In this document: positions 1 through 10,829 of the stretch, piece by piece
Layout of the letters: every line of letters starts with the position of its first letter
Position numbering within the stretch: position 1 is the first letter of the stretch
NCBI GenBank assembly: GCA_937936785.1
Contig: CALDDQ010000015.1
Span: 189 to 64,188, forward strand
Direction of reading: 5' to 3'
DNA from: an uncultured Endomicrobiia bacterium
GTDB lineage: Bacteria > Elusimicrobiota > Endomicrobiia > DTEH01
DNA length: 64,000 nt
Translations under genes and position numbers: made by a program
The notes under the pieces: model-generated
Database searches by the model: none
The model's input: only the letters and a program-made list of their open reading frames with translations
What the model was told of the DNA's origin: nothing

Positions 1-2
1 AA

Positions 3-587
3 ACAAAAGAGTTAAAAAATAAAATATTAACAGTTGCAAAACGTATGCTTAATAGACAGGATTATCACGAAATTGTAGTTGAAGAAATTGCAAAAAAAGC
101 TGGTGTCGCGAAAGGGACAATATTTTTTCATTTTAAATCAAAAGAAAATTTTGTTAAAGAAATATTTGAATCAATGTTGAAAGATATTGGCGTCTTGTTT
201 GACGATATAGTTAAAAAAGAGGTTTCTGTTATTGAAAAATTAAAACTTTTATATGACACATATGCAGATTATATTTTACACAATACTCATATTTTTATGA
301 TGCTAAGACAAGAAATGGTTAAAGAAAATTGTAAGATGAAAAGTATTGCAAGAAAATTTTATAGGTCAATAGGAGGAAAATTGATCCCACTAGTGTTACA
401 AGGATACAAAGAAAAAGTGTTTAAAAAATACACAAAAGAACCGTTAAATCCAGAGATTATAATGTCATTAGTTTTTACTTATGGTTTATCCGTAGCACAT
501 TTTACTATACAAAGTAAAAATAAGTATAATTATAAAAAAGTGAAAGAAATTTTTTGGAAAACATTATTATATGGGATAATAAAATGA
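3..587 (+). CDS. TetR/AcrR family transcriptional regulator (5' end beyond window)
   Basis: Frame is open from the window edge; HTH motif VEEIAKKAGVAKGTIFFHFKSKE; stop overlaps the TolC start (ATGA). Confidence 0.9.
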   Translation, partial: TKELKNKILTVAKRMLNRQDYHEIVVEEIAKKAGVAKGTIFFHFKSKENFVKEIFESMLKDIGVLFDDIVKKEVSVIEKLKLLYDTYADYILHNTHIFMMLRQEMVKENCKMKSIARKFYRSIGGKLIPLVLQGYKEKVFKKYTKEPLNPEIIMSLVFTYGLSVAHFTIQSKNKYNYKKVKEIFWKTLLYGIIK

Positions 588-1894
588 AAAGAAAATATAT
601 ATTCTTAATTATATTTGTGTTTAAATTTTTAATACTTGCCCATACTTTTGCAGAAACGAAAAAGTTAACTTTAGAAGAATGTTTAAACATTGTAATAACT
701 AAAAACCAACAGATTTTACAGGCAAGGTCAAAATTAGACCAGGCAAATTATAAAAAGATAGAGTCCTTAACATCTTATATGCCGAAATTGCAAGGTCAAG
801 CAAGATATACAAAACTTTCCCAAGCGCAGTTTCAGTTACCACCAAGTGCACAGATGTTATTTGGTTCTTCACTATCTCCTGCATTGACATCAGATCAGAC
901 ATATACTTTAAATCTTACAGTATCACAATTATTATTTTCATCTTTTAAGATATATGAATTTTCAAGACAAGCATGGTTAAATTATGAAATTGCAAAACAA
1001 GAATATGAAAAAACTAAAACGGATTTAATAACAAAAACTAAAGAAAATTTTTATAAAACATTACTTGCAAAAAATGTTTTAGATGTATCATTAGAATCTG
1101 TCAAAATAAGTTCTGAAAGTTTGGCTGTGTCATCATATTTATACAACGAAGGCAGAATTTCTTATTTTGACTTATCCAATGCTAAGATAACTTTTTTAAA
1201 TTCAAAAACAAATCTATTAAAAATGGAAAATATGTATAGGTTGTCTAAAGAAGGTTTGTTAAATTTGTTAGATATGAAAGAAGAAATAGATTTAGTTGGA
1301 GATTTGTCAGAAGAAGAAAAAGATTTAGATTTACAAAATTTAAAATCAAACATTATGAATTTACCAGATATGAAAATAATTTTAGCACAGATAAAAATTG
1401 TTAATTCAATTACAAGAAATACTTTAAAAGAAGTTATGCCAACGGTTGTGTTATCTGGTTCTTATGATTGGACAATTGACGATTATACAAAATCTTTTGA
1501 TCAATGGGATGACAGATACAGTTGGTCAATAGTATTATCTTGGCCATTATTCAATGGTGGTGCAACAGTAAGCCGATTTATGCAGATGAAAGAAAGTTTA
1601 AAACAACTTAAGTTAACCAAAGAAAGTTTAGTAAACATTTTGGAATTAGAACTAAAATCTTTATATTTAAACTATTTACAACAAAAAGCAACATTAAAAC
1701 TTAACCTAGAGAGTATAGAGTTAGCTAAAGAAAATTTAGAAGTTGCTAACACATATTATTCCAAAGGCAGAATTTCTTATTTAGAACTTTTACAATCGCA
1801 ACTAAATTATTCACAATCAAAGATAGCTTATTATCAAACATTGAGTGATTATTTAGTTAATTTAGCCAAGATAGAAAAGTTTAATATTAAATAA
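584..1894 (+). CDS. TolC family outer membrane efflux protein
   Basis: Signal peptide, LTLEECLNIVITKN, LSWPLFNGG, YSKGRISYLEL; start moved to the ATG overlapping the tetR stop. Confidence 0.9.
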   Translation: MKRKYIFLIIFVFKFLILAHTFAETKKLTLEECLNIVITKNQQILQARSKLDQANYKKIESLTSYMPKLQGQARYTKLSQAQFQLPPSAQMLFGSSLSPALTSDQTYTLNLTVSQLLFSSFKIYEFSRQAWLNYEIAKQEYEKTKTDLITKTKENFYKTLLAKNVLDVSLESVKISSESLAVSSYLYNEGRISYFDLSNAKITFLNSKTNLLKMENMYRLSKEGLLNLLDMKEEIDLVGDLSEEEKDLDLQNLKSNIMNLPDMKIILAQIKIVNSITRNTLKEVMPTVVLSGSYDWTIDDYTKSFDQWDDRYSWSIVLSWPLFNGGATVSRFMQMKESLKQLKLTKESLVNILELELKSLYLNYLQQKATLKLNLESIELAKENLEVANTYYSKGRISYLELLQSQLNYSQSKIAYYQTLSDYLVNLAKIEKFNIK

Positions 1895-1910
1895 AGAGGG
1901 TGATTTTAAT

Positions 1911-2816
1911 ATGAATAGAAAAAAAATAGTTATAACAATAGTAATTTTAATTTTAGCAATTTCAATTTTTCGTATATTTCAGTCCGTTAACAAGAAAATA
2001 AAAATGTCAAAACAATCAAAAGACACAGGTGTAATTTATACGGTAAAAGTTGTTAAGGCAAAATATGATAAACTTTTTGACAGCACAAATTTTGTTGGCG
2101 AGATAAAAGGTATTAACGAAGTTTCAGTATTTTCAAAAGTTCCAGGGAAACTTAACAGAAAAGTTGTTGATGAAGGAGAAAGTGTGATAAAAGATGAAAC
2201 CATCTGCGAGATTGACCGAGATGAACCAGTATTAAGATACTCTATTTACGAACTTAAATCTCCGGTATCTGGTGTGATTTCTAAATATTTTGTAGATGTA
2301 GGAGGGACAGTTTCACCTCAAACACCAGTGTGTAATATAAGTGATATAACAAGAGTTAGGATAGTTTTTGGTATAGCAGAAAAGTTGGTTTCAAAAATTA
2401 CTAATAATTCTTATATAAAATTTAAAACTACGACATTACCAGACAAAATTTTTTATGTAAAAAATTTGCAATTAGGTAACTATATAGATCCTATGTCAAG
2501 GCTAATGGAAATAAGATGTGTAATGTCTAACGATAATAATATATTTAAATCAGGAGGGTTTGTAGAAGGAGAACTGATTTTTAGTGAAAAAAAAGTTTTG
2601 GTTTTGCCAATAGATTGTATAGTCAACACTTTTGATAACAAAAAAGTTGTTTATGTTATACAAAATAATATTTCAACAAAAGTAGAAGTAACAACAGGTC
2701 TTGAGTATCGTGGCAAGATTGAGATATTAAAAGGGATAAAAGAAAATGATATTGTAGTATATCAAGGTCAAGAGTTGTTAACAGAAGGGATGAAAGTTAA
2801 TATTGTAGAGGAATAA
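1911..2816 (+). CDS. RND efflux periplasmic adaptor (membrane fusion protein)
   Basis: N-terminal TM, lipoyl half-motifs (VFSKVPGKL..VDEGE; LKSPVSGVI), VTTG..EILKGI..D.VV..G; SD AGAGGGTGAT. Confidence 0.9.
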   Translation: MNRKKIVITIVILILAISIFRIFQSVNKKIKMSKQSKDTGVIYTVKVVKAKYDKLFDSTNFVGEIKGINEVSVFSKVPGKLNRKVVDEGESVIKDETICEIDRDEPVLRYSIYELKSPVSGVISKYFVDVGGTVSPQTPVCNISDITRVRIVFGIAEKLVSKITNNSYIKFKTTTLPDKIFYVKNLQLGNYIDPMSRLMEIRCVMSNDNNIFKSGGFVEGELIFSEKKVLVLPIDCIVNTFDNKKVVYVIQNNISTKVEVTTGLEYRGKIEILKGIKENDIVVYQGQELLTEGMKVNIVEE

Positions 2817-2821
2817 AAAAA

Positions 2822-5800
2822 ATGAAATTAACCGAACTTGCAGTAAAAAGACCAATTTTAACCAGTGTAGTATACATTTTTTTGATGATACTATCTATTA
2901 TTTCGCTGTATAATCTTCCAATAGATGTTTTTCCGGAGATAGAATTTCCAGCATTAACTATAGTATCACTTTATCCGGGAAGTTCTGCAAAAGATGTTGA
3001 AGAACGAATTACAAAAATTTTGGAAGAATCTGCATTAACATTACCTGGAATTGACAGAGTAGAATCAAGATCTCAAGAAGGAGTTTCTGCAATAACAGTA
3101 ATTTTTAAGTGGGGCCAGAATCTTGATGTTAAAGCACAAGATTTAAGAGATATGATAGAACTTTCAAAGACACGGTTACCTGATGATATAGAGACACCGA
3201 GAATATTTAAGTTTGACGCATCAATGATGCCAGTAATGTTTTTAACTGTTTATCCAAAAGATACAGTACCAAATTTACGTTATATAGTGGACAAAAATCT
3301 TGCTGAAGAAATTAAAAAAGTTGATGGTGTCGGCGCAGTAATTCTTCGTGGTGGTGATGAAAAAGAAGTTACTATAACAGTAGATCCGAAAAAACTTGCT
3401 TTTTACCGAATTTCAATACAACAACTTGTTAATTCTATAAGTTCAGAGAATGTAGAGATGCCGTTAGGGAATGTGTATGATGGATATAGAAAATATAACT
3501 TAAGATTACCGATGAGATTTAATAATGTTGACGAAATTAAAAGTTTGATAGTAGGAACATTTGCTGCTAAACCAGTTTATTTACATCAAGTTGCAACTGT
3601 TGAAGATGGGTATAAAGAAAAACTGGGGCTAACAAATGCAGACGGGCAAGAAGCAATGATGCTTGTTGTAAGAAAGAGGTCCGGATATAACACGGTCAGT
3701 GTTTGTAGAAAAATTACACAAAAAATTGAACAATTACAAAAAAAATATCCAAAACTTGACATAAGTATTATGATGGACAGTTCAGAGTTTATATTAAAAA
3801 CGGTAAAAAATTTGCGAAATACAATTTTGTATGGTGGAATACTTGTTATACTAACAGTATTATTTTTTATGGGCGATTTTTTGCCTGCGTTAGTTGTAGT
3901 TTTACAAATTCCAATATCGTTATTTTTATCTTTTATATTCTTATATTTATCAGGGTTCACTATAAACATAATTTCATTATCAAGTTTATCAATTGCACTT
4001 GGTATGGTGGTAGACAATTCTATAGTTGTAGTGGACCATATTTTAAGACATATATTTAAAGGAAAATCTCCTATAGATTCTTCAATAGATGCAACAGGCG
4101 AAGTTGGTAGTGCAATAACTGCTTCTACCTTGACTACAATAGTAGTTTTTGTTCCGTTATTATTTGTAAGTGGGTTGATACCAATATTGTTTAAACAATT
4201 AGCATATTCAGTAATTATAACACTTTTAGCATCGTTATTTGTAGCGTTTACATTATCACCGATGATAATGGCACGATTTTGTGGTTGTGATGAGAACAAA
4301 AAAATAGGTGTAATTTTTATTACTGAATTTATTGGAAAAATAGAAAATTTTTATACAGAAATTTTAGATTGGTCACTAAAAAATAGACGAAAAATAGTTG
4401 TAAGTTTTTCTTTATTATTTATGATATCTTTGATAGTATTTATATTTTTTACAGGGAAAGAATTTATGCCAAAATCTGATGAACAGATGTTAGATTTGGC
4501 ATTTGAAGGATCTAAAGGTATGCAGTTAGAAGATACGATAAAAATTTCACAACAGATTGAAAGAACAATTGCAGAAAAAGTTGGTAAAGAAAATATTTTT
4601 AAATATGTATTACGAGTTGGAGAAAGTGGGTTGGGAGGATTAGCAATTGCTTTTGGACAAAAAGAATCGTCATATAGTGGTTCAATGACAATAAAACTTG
4701 TAGAAAAAAATAAAAGAACACTTTCAGTATTTGATGTTGCAGAAATATTACGTCGTGAATTAAGAAAGATTGCTGGGTTGGTTAAAATTGAGGTTTTTGT
4801 TCGTTCTACTGCATCGTCAACATTTTTCGGTGGAAGTAAAGTTGTTTCTATAGAACTTCGTGGAAATGATATTGATAGAGGATTAACCATTGCTAACGAG
4901 TTAAAAAATAATCTTGAAAATATTAATGGTGTTAGAGATGTTACAATAAGTTTAGAAAAAGGTAGTTATGAACTATGGATAAAACTTAACCGTGAGAAAG
5001 TTAAAATGTTAGGGTTGTCTTCATATGGTCTTGCAGACACATTAAGAAAAATTTATTATGGAATTACAGTTGGCAGGTTTAATCCGCAGTCTATGACTTT
5101 TGAAAATGAATACGATATATTTGTAAAAATTTCAAAACAAGACAAGTCGGATTTAAAAAAATTATATAGTTTACCAATTTTGTTACCTTCAGGGAAAGTT
5201 GTGCCATTAAACAATATTGCAGATTTTAAACGAGAATTTGGACCAGAAGAAATTTTACGAAAAGATGGAGTAAGAGTTATAAAAATTGAAGCAGACATTT
5301 ATGCTCGTGCATTAAGTGAGATAAGAAAAGATATAGATAATATGTTAAAAAATTATGGAGTTCCAGCAGGGTTTGATATAAAGTTTGGCGGAGAAATTAA
5401 AGAACAACAAAATACATTCCGTGATTTAACTTTGATGTTATTTTTAGCGATATTGTTAGTATACTTAATTATGGTAGGACAATTTGAATCATTTGTTGAC
5501 CCATTTATAATTTTATTTTCAATACCATTTGCTGTTACTGGTGTTTTGATAGCATTATTTTTGTGGGGACAGAATTTTAACGTGTTATCATTTGTAGGTT
5601 TATTGATATTGATAGGAGTTGTTGTAAACAATGCGATAGTTTTAGTAGATTATATAAATCTTTTAAGAAACCGTGGGATGGAAATTTTTTCTGCGATAAA
5701 AGAATCTGGCAAAACAAGGTTAAAACCTGTTTTAATGACAGCAACAACTACAATTTTAGGTGCGTTACCATTAGCAATAAGTAATGCAGAAGGTGCAGAA

Positions 5801-5926
5801 TACTTTTCAAGTATGGGAGTAGCGATTATTGGTGGATTGTCAATCTCAACTTTGATAACACTAATTTTTGTGCCTGTGGTATATTCTATAATTCATACAA
5901 AATATATTAAATCAAAAACTAAATAA
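2822..5926 (+). CDS. AcrB/AcrD/AcrF family RND permease
   Basis: 1034 aa; LPIDVFPEIEFP, GMVVDNSIVV, GVVVNNAIVLVD, RLKPVLMT. Confidence 0.95.
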   Translation: MKLTELAVKRPILTSVVYIFLMILSIISLYNLPIDVFPEIEFPALTIVSLYPGSSAKDVEERITKILEESALTLPGIDRVESRSQEGVSAITVIFKWGQNLDVKAQDLRDMIELSKTRLPDDIETPRIFKFDASMMPVMFLTVYPKDTVPNLRYIVDKNLAEEIKKVDGVGAVILRGGDEKEVTITVDPKKLAFYRISIQQLVNSISSENVEMPLGNVYDGYRKYNLRLPMRFNNVDEIKSLIVGTFAAKPVYLHQVATVEDGYKEKLGLTNADGQEAMMLVVRKRSGYNTVSVCRKITQKIEQLQKKYPKLDISIMMDSSEFILKTVKNLRNTILYGGILVILTVLFFMGDFLPALVVVLQIPISLFLSFIFLYLSGFTINIISLSSLSIALGMVVDNSIVVVDHILRHIFKGKSPIDSSIDATGEVGSAITASTLTTIVVFVPLLFVSGLIPILFKQLAYSVIITLLASLFVAFTLSPMIMARFCGCDENKKIGVIFITEFIGKIENFYTEILDWSLKNRRKIVVSFSLLFMISLIVFIFFTGKEFMPKSDEQMLDLAFEGSKGMQLEDTIKISQQIERTIAEKVGKENIFKYVLRVGESGLGGLAIAFGQKESSYSGSMTIKLVEKNKRTLSVFDVAEILRRELRKIAGLVKIEVFVRSTASSTFFGGSKVVSIELRGNDIDRGLTIANELKNNLENINGVRDVTISLEKGSYELWIKLNREKVKMLGLSSYGLADTLRKIYYGITVGRFNPQSMTFENEYDIFVKISKQDKSDLKKLYSLPILLPSGKVVPLNNIADFKREFGPEEILRKDGVRVIKIEADIYARALSEIRKDIDNMLKNYGVPAGFDIKFGGEIKEQQNTFRDLTLMLFLAILLVYLIMVGQFESFVDPFIILFSIPFAVTGVLIALFLWGQNFNVLSFVGLLILIGVVVNNAIVLVDYINLLRNRGMEIFSAIKESGKTRLKPVLMTATTTILGALPLAISNAEGAEYFSSMGVAIIGGLSISTLITLIFVPVVYSIIHTKYIKSKTK

Positions 5927-5950
5927 ACAATAATACAACTGATAAACTTA

Positions 5951-5979
5951 TTGTTTTTCTAATCAAAATATGTTAAAAA
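5951..5979 (+). promoter_or_regulatory. Candidate sigma70 promoter for rsmD (leaderless geometry)
   Basis: TTGTTT-17bp-TAAAAA with TGn extension; ATG 6 nt downstream. Confidence 0.35.
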
Positions 5980-5985
5980 AATTTC

Positions 5986-6630
5986 ATGTTAAAAATAATT
6001 TCAGGTGAAAAAAGTGGGTTTGAAATAAGTTCAGCAGAAAATATTAGACCTATTCTTGCCCGAATTAAAAAATCTGTTTTTGATATAATAACTCCAAAAC
6101 TTAATAACGCATTATTTTTAGATTTATTTGCTGGCAGTGGTGCTGTTGGATTAGAATCGTTATCTCGTGGTACAAAAAAAGTTGTTTTTGTAGAAAAAGA
6201 CAGTAGAAGTGTGTCTTTTATTTATAAAAATATAAACAAACTTGGATATAATGATAGAAGTTATATAATAAAAGCAGATATTTTAAAAGATTTGTTTTGG
6301 ATTGATAAAGTAAGAAAATTTTTTGATAAAAATGGTGATGTAGGATTTGATATAATTTTTATTGGAGCACCGTATGTCGCAGATGTTTCAAATTATAAAT
6401 TTAAAGTTAAAAGTTTTCAATATGATACCTATAATCCAAAAACAAAAAATAAAGTATTGCTAAACTTTTCTTCTCCTACATTAAAACTCGTTTATAACAG
6501 TGAGATATTAAAAAAAGATGGTATTTTAATTCTTCAACATAGTATAAAAGAAAAAGTTAATTTTTATAATTATAAAATATGGAGAACAGAAAAGTATGGT
6601 GATACAATTGTAGATTTTTTAAAAATATAA
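5986..6630 (+). CDS. rsmD: 16S rRNA m2G966 methyltransferase RsmD
   Basis: MLKIISG..G, IRP, FLDLFAGSGAVGLESLSRG, KYGDT; motif IV reads GAPY instead of DPPY. Confidence 0.85.
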   Translation: MLKIISGEKSGFEISSAENIRPILARIKKSVFDIITPKLNNALFLDLFAGSGAVGLESLSRGTKKVVFVEKDSRSVSFIYKNINKLGYNDRSYIIKADILKDLFWIDKVRKFFDKNGDVGFDIIFIGAPYVADVSNYKFKVKSFQYDTYNPKTKNKVLLNFSSPTLKLVYNSEILKKDGILILQHSIKEKVNFYNYKIWRTEKYGDTIVDFLKI

Positions 6631-6670
6631 ATATTTATAAATTATTTAATTAGAAAATATAAAGTTTTTT

Positions 6671-7678
6671 ATGATTAAAGAAATTAAAAAGGAACTAATT
6701 TTAGCAGCAATACTTTTAGTAATATTATTTACATCTGGTATTTTAGGATATAAACTTATTGAAGGATGGAACTTTATTGATTCTGTTTATATGACGGTGA
6801 TAACTTTAGCTACGGTAGGTTTTGGCGAAACGCATCAATTGTCTATAGGAGGAAGAGTTTTTACTATATTTTTAATAATCTTTGGTATAACAACATTTGT
6901 ATATGCAATTAGCAGGTTACAATCATTTTTTATTGAAGGAGAATTGACAGGAATACTTAGGAGGCGAAAAATGGAAAATAAAATAAAAAATTTGAACAAT
7001 CATTATATTGTTTGTGGTTCTGGCGATGTTGGAAAAACTATAATTGAAGAACTTTTGTTAACAAAAAATAATTTTGTTGTAATTGAAAATGATAAATTAA
7101 ACTATGAACTGTTAATTAAAAACGACAATATTTTGACGATAAACGGCAATCCTGCAGATGATAAAGTGTTATTAGATGCTGGGATAAAGAGTGCAAAAGG
7201 ATTAATTTGTGCTATACCATCAGACAAAGATAATTTGTTTATAGTAATTTCTGCCCGTAGTTTAAATCCTAACATAAGAATAGTAGCACGCGCATTAGAC
7301 CCAACCTCAGTCCCAAAACTTAAGAAAGCAGGTGCAGATAGTGTTGTTTCTACTGATGTTATTGGTGGGTTAAGGATGGTTTCTGAATCTATTAGACCTA
7401 CTGTAGTATCATTTCTAGATACTATGCTAAGAGAAAAGGATGTTTGTTTACGAGTTGAAGAGGTTGAGATTTCGCAGAACTCAAATTTTGTTGGAAAAAC
7501 TTTAGCACAGACACAAATTTATGAAAAAACAGGTTTGTTAACCATTGCAATAAAAAATAAAGAAAATAAAAGTTATGTATACAATCCAAGATCAGATTAT
7601 AAACTTTCTGCAAAAGATGTATTGATAGTTATAGGAGATGTGGAACAAGTTATTAATTTACGTTCAATGGTTGGATAA
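6671..7678 (+). CDS. Potassium channel protein with RCK (TrkA-N/C) domains
   Basis: 2 TM plus selectivity filter TLATVGFG; HYIVCGSGDVG Rossmann RCK-N; C-terminal RCK-C. Confidence 0.9.
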   Translation: MIKEIKKELILAAILLVILFTSGILGYKLIEGWNFIDSVYMTVITLATVGFGETHQLSIGGRVFTIFLIIFGITTFVYAISRLQSFFIEGELTGILRRRKMENKIKNLNNHYIVCGSGDVGKTIIEELLLTKNNFVVIENDKLNYELLIKNDNILTINGNPADDKVLLDAGIKSAKGLICAIPSDKDNLFIVISARSLNPNIRIVARALDPTSVPKLKKAGADSVVSTDVIGGLRMVSESIRPTVVSFLDTMLREKDVCLRVEEVEISQNSNFVGKTLAQTQIYEKTGLLTIAIKNKENKSYVYNPRSDYKLSAKDVLIVIGDVEQVINLRSMVG

Positions 7679-7698
7679 ATCATACAATATGAAGAAAT

Positions 7699-8823
7699 AT
7701 GAACAAAAATAATTTTTTAATATTTTTTGTGATTGTATTAAATATATATTGTAGTATGAATTATTATGTTTATAATAGAATAATTAATGGATTGAAGTTA
7801 TCAGGTAATGTTAGATTTTTGACAAAACTACTTTTTATATTTTTTGCGACATTATTTGTGTTAGGAGAATTTTTAGATAGAACTACGCCGGTTTATTTAA
7901 TTAAATTAGTGGGTTCTGTTTGGTTAGGAATATTATCAATTGCAGTGGCTATATTTATATTAAAAGACATAACATGGTTTTTTTATAAACAGGAAAAGAT
8001 TTTAACTTCGGTATCTTTAGTAATAATTTTTGTAATATCAATAATTTCTTTATATCAATTATATTCAGGTGTTGTTGTTAAAGAAATAAAGTTAGAAGTT
8101 GATAAACCAAATTTTACGTTACCAAAAGTTTCTATAGTACAGATTTCTGATTTACATTTTGGCACTTTGGTTTGTGAAAAATGGTTATCAAAAATTGTTG
8201 ATAAAGTAAATTCTTTAGAAGCAGATATTGTTGTTATAACAGGAGATTTAGTTGATGGCAAAATTTTTGACAAGAGAGAAAATTTGGACAAATTAAAAAG
8301 TTTAACTGCAAAAAAAGGTGTATATATTGTTACCGGTAATCACGAATTTTATTTTGGTATTGATAAATTTACAAAAATTATAAATGAAACAGAATTTAAA
8401 TTGTTAAGAAACGAAAATGTTATTCTTGAAAACGGTATTATAATTGCTGGTGTGGATGAGATTACAGCAGAACGGTTTATAAAAGATGGTGGACCAAATT
8501 TGCAAAAGACATTTAATAATATTGATAAAAACAATTTAATAATATTTTTATCTCATCAACCTGACTTGTTTGATGAAGCAAGAAAGTATGGTATAGATAT
8601 ACAACTTTCAGGGCATACACATATGGGTCAAATTCCGCCTATGGATTTGATAGTGAAATTATATTTTAAGTATCCTTATGGTTTAATAAAAAAAGATGAT
8701 TCATACATTTATACAACTTCAGGGACAGGTTTTTGGGGACCACCAATGCGATTTTTATCTCAGTGCGAAATAGTAAAGTTTGTAATAATTAACAAGTTTT
8801 ACCAAAGTGAAAAAAAAGTTTAA
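7699..8823 (+). CDS. Membrane-bound metallophosphoesterase (YkuE/YaeI-like)
   Basis: N-terminal TMs; SDLH, TGDLVD, GNHE, SHQP, SGHTHMGQ. Confidence 0.9.
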   Translation: MNKNNFLIFFVIVLNIYCSMNYYVYNRIINGLKLSGNVRFLTKLLFIFFATLFVLGEFLDRTTPVYLIKLVGSVWLGILSIAVAIFILKDITWFFYKQEKILTSVSLVIIFVISIISLYQLYSGVVVKEIKLEVDKPNFTLPKVSIVQISDLHFGTLVCEKWLSKIVDKVNSLEADIVVITGDLVDGKIFDKRENLDKLKSLTAKKGVYIVTGNHEFYFGIDKFTKIINETEFKLLRNENVILENGIIIAGVDEITAERFIKDGGPNLQKTFNNIDKNNLIIFLSHQPDLFDEARKYGIDIQLSGHTHMGQIPPMDLIVKLYFKYPYGLIKKDDSYIYTTSGTGFWGPPMRFLSQCEIVKFVIINKFYQSEKKV

Positions 8824-9469
8824 AGCAATAATTTTTGATTTAGACGGAACACTTTTAGATACTATTGATGACATTGCTTATTGTGCAAACAAAATTTTAA
8901 AAAAGTATAATTTTCCATTACATAAAACTTACAGATACAAACTTTTTGTTGGTGATGGTATAGAAACTCTGGTTTACAAAATTTTACCAAAAGATAAAAG
9001 AGAACCTAAGTTAATAAAAGAAATAGTTAGTAGAATAAAACTTGAGTATAAAAATAACTTTGCAAATAAAACAAAAGTGTATACTGGTATTATGGATCTT
9101 TTAAATATGTGTCAGTTAAAGAATATTAAAATGTCAATTTTGTCCAACAAACCGGATAAATTTACAAAGATTATGGTGAAACATTTTTTCCCGCAGATAA
9201 AATTTAGTTTTGTTTTTGGAACTAAAAAAAACTTACCAAAAAAACCAAATCCAACAACTGCATTATTAATTGCAAAAAAGTTAAAATTAAAATTGAACGA
9301 GTTTGTTTATTTAGGAGATACAGACACTGATATGCAAACTGCAAAAAATGCTAAAATGTTTGCTGTTGGAGTGTTATGGGGTTTTAGGACCAGGAATGAA
9401 TTAATAAAAAGTGGTGCAAATATTGTAATAAAAAGTCCAATGGAATTGTTTGAGAAAGGTTTTATATAG
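8807..9469 (+). CDS. HAD-superfamily hydrolase (phosphoglycolate phosphatase-like)
   Basis: FDLDGTLLDT, SNK, KKPNP, GDTDTD. Confidence 0.9.
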   Translation: MKKKFKAIIFDLDGTLLDTIDDIAYCANKILKKYNFPLHKTYRYKLFVGDGIETLVYKILPKDKREPKLIKEIVSRIKLEYKNNFANKTKVYTGIMDLLNMCQLKNIKMSILSNKPDKFTKIMVKHFFPQIKFSFVFGTKKNLPKKPNPTTALLIAKKLKLKLNEFVYLGDTDTDMQTAKNAKMFAVGVLWGFRTRNELIKSGANIVIKSPMELFEKGFI

Positions 9470-9513
9470 TTAAAAAATTTGATTACGAATTTTTAAGGAG
9501 AATAAAAAAAAGT

Positions 9514-10059
9514 ATGAAACTGAAAGAAAAGTTATATAAGAAAATATGTATATACAAAGGTAAATCAGTAAATTTTTTTGCAGACAAAATTTTGTTACCA
9601 AACAAAAAAGTTGCAATAAGAGAATATGTTGACCACCCGGGAGCTGTTGCAGTATTGCCTATTTTAGATAACCAAAAAATAGTTTTAGTAAAACAGTTTA
9701 GATATCCAGTAGGAAAAATAACTTACGAACTTCCAGCGGGAAAGTTGGATAGAAAAAAGGCCGAATCTTTAAAAAGGTGTGTTATACGCGAGTTGGAAGA
9801 AGAGACAGGATATAAAAGCAAAAATGTAAATCGGCTGGTTTCTTTTTGGCCAACCCCAGCATTTGGGAATGAAATTATACACATATTCGTTGCAAAAAAT
9901 TTGTTTTTTGGCAAAAAAAATCCTGATGAAGACGAATTTTTACTAACTAAAATTGTAACTTTTGACCAAGCAGTGCAATGGATAAAAAAAGGTAAAATTA
10001 AAGATTCTAAGTCTATAATAGGAATTTTGTATTGGATGTTGATGAATGAAAAAATTTAA
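9514..10059 (+). CDS. NUDIX hydrolase, ADP-ribose pyrophosphatase (NudF-like)
   Basis: REYVDHPGAV, QFRYP, Nudix box ELPAGKLD..RELEEETG, DEDE. Confidence 0.85.
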   Translation: MKLKEKLYKKICIYKGKSVNFFADKILLPNKKVAIREYVDHPGAVAVLPILDNQKIVLVKQFRYPVGKITYELPAGKLDRKKAESLKRCVIRELEEETGYKSKNVNRLVSFWPTPAFGNEIIHIFVAKNLFFGKKNPDEDEFLLTKIVTFDQAVQWIKKGKIKDSKSIIGILYWMLMNEKI

Positions 10060-10798
10060 TGGTTTAATTATATTACTAACTTTTTTTAACTTAATTGTTG
10101 GTAAAGAGTTTATTAGCACTAAAGAAAAAATTGTTTCAGAAAAATTTTTTCTTGTTGGTAATTATTATGAACCAAAAGATGGTAAACCTATAATAGTCTT
10201 ATTACATGGTTTAGGAAGTATAAGACAAGAATGGGATAAGTTGACAAAGATTTTAATAGAGCAAGGTTTTGGTTATTTTTCCTTTGATTTACGAGGGCAT
10301 GGCGAAAGTATTGAAACTGTTTCAGGAAAACAAGTTTTAGTTAATGAATTTAAAAAAGTTGGTCAAGGGTCAGAATGGGAAAAAATGGTAACCGATTTGG
10401 ATGTTGTGATAAAATATTTGGTTAAAGAAAAAAAAGTCAAAGAAGAAAATATAATTTTATGTGGGGCAAGTTTGGGTGCTAATATATGTTTAATTTATGC
10501 AACAAAAAATCCACATGTTAAAAATCTTATTTTATTATCACCTGGCTGGGAATATGTTGGACTAAAGTTAGAAGAACCAGCAAAAAAAGTAGCAGTAAAA
10601 AGTTCAAATATTTTATTTTGTGCATCTCCAAGAGATGCTTATTCATATTCTAGCACAAGACAGATTATGAAAATTATGAAATCTTTTGGTCAGGAGGCAA
10701 CATTTTTAGAAGGTAAAGATGCACAGCACGGGGTGGAAATGTTTGAAAAAAAATTTTTAGATGATTTAATTTTTTGGATAAATTCTTTGATAAAATAA
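10046..10798 (+). CDS. Exported alpha/beta-fold hydrolase
   Basis: Signal-like N-terminus; LLHGLG, DLRGHGES, nucleophile elbow GASLG, catalytic His in QHG. Confidence 0.8.
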   Translation: MKKFNGLIILLTFFNLIVGKEFISTKEKIVSEKFFLVGNYYEPKDGKPIIVLLHGLGSIRQEWDKLTKILIEQGFGYFSFDLRGHGESIETVSGKQVLVNEFKKVGQGSEWEKMVTDLDVVIKYLVKEKKVKEENIILCGASLGANICLIYATKNPHVKNLILLSPGWEYVGLKLEEPAKKVAVKSSNILFCASPRDAYSYSSTRQIMKIMKSFGQEATFLEGKDAQHGVEMFEKKFLDDLIFWINSLIK

Positions 10799-10829
10799 TT
10801 AGAAAAAAAAATTTGTTTTTAATAATTTT

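Noticed and set aside
3586-5631. Long minus-strand ORFs opposite the RND gene (and similar shadows opposite hisF, argB, degP, pheT and others)
   Set aside because: Antisense shadows of well-supported genes; no recognisable motifs
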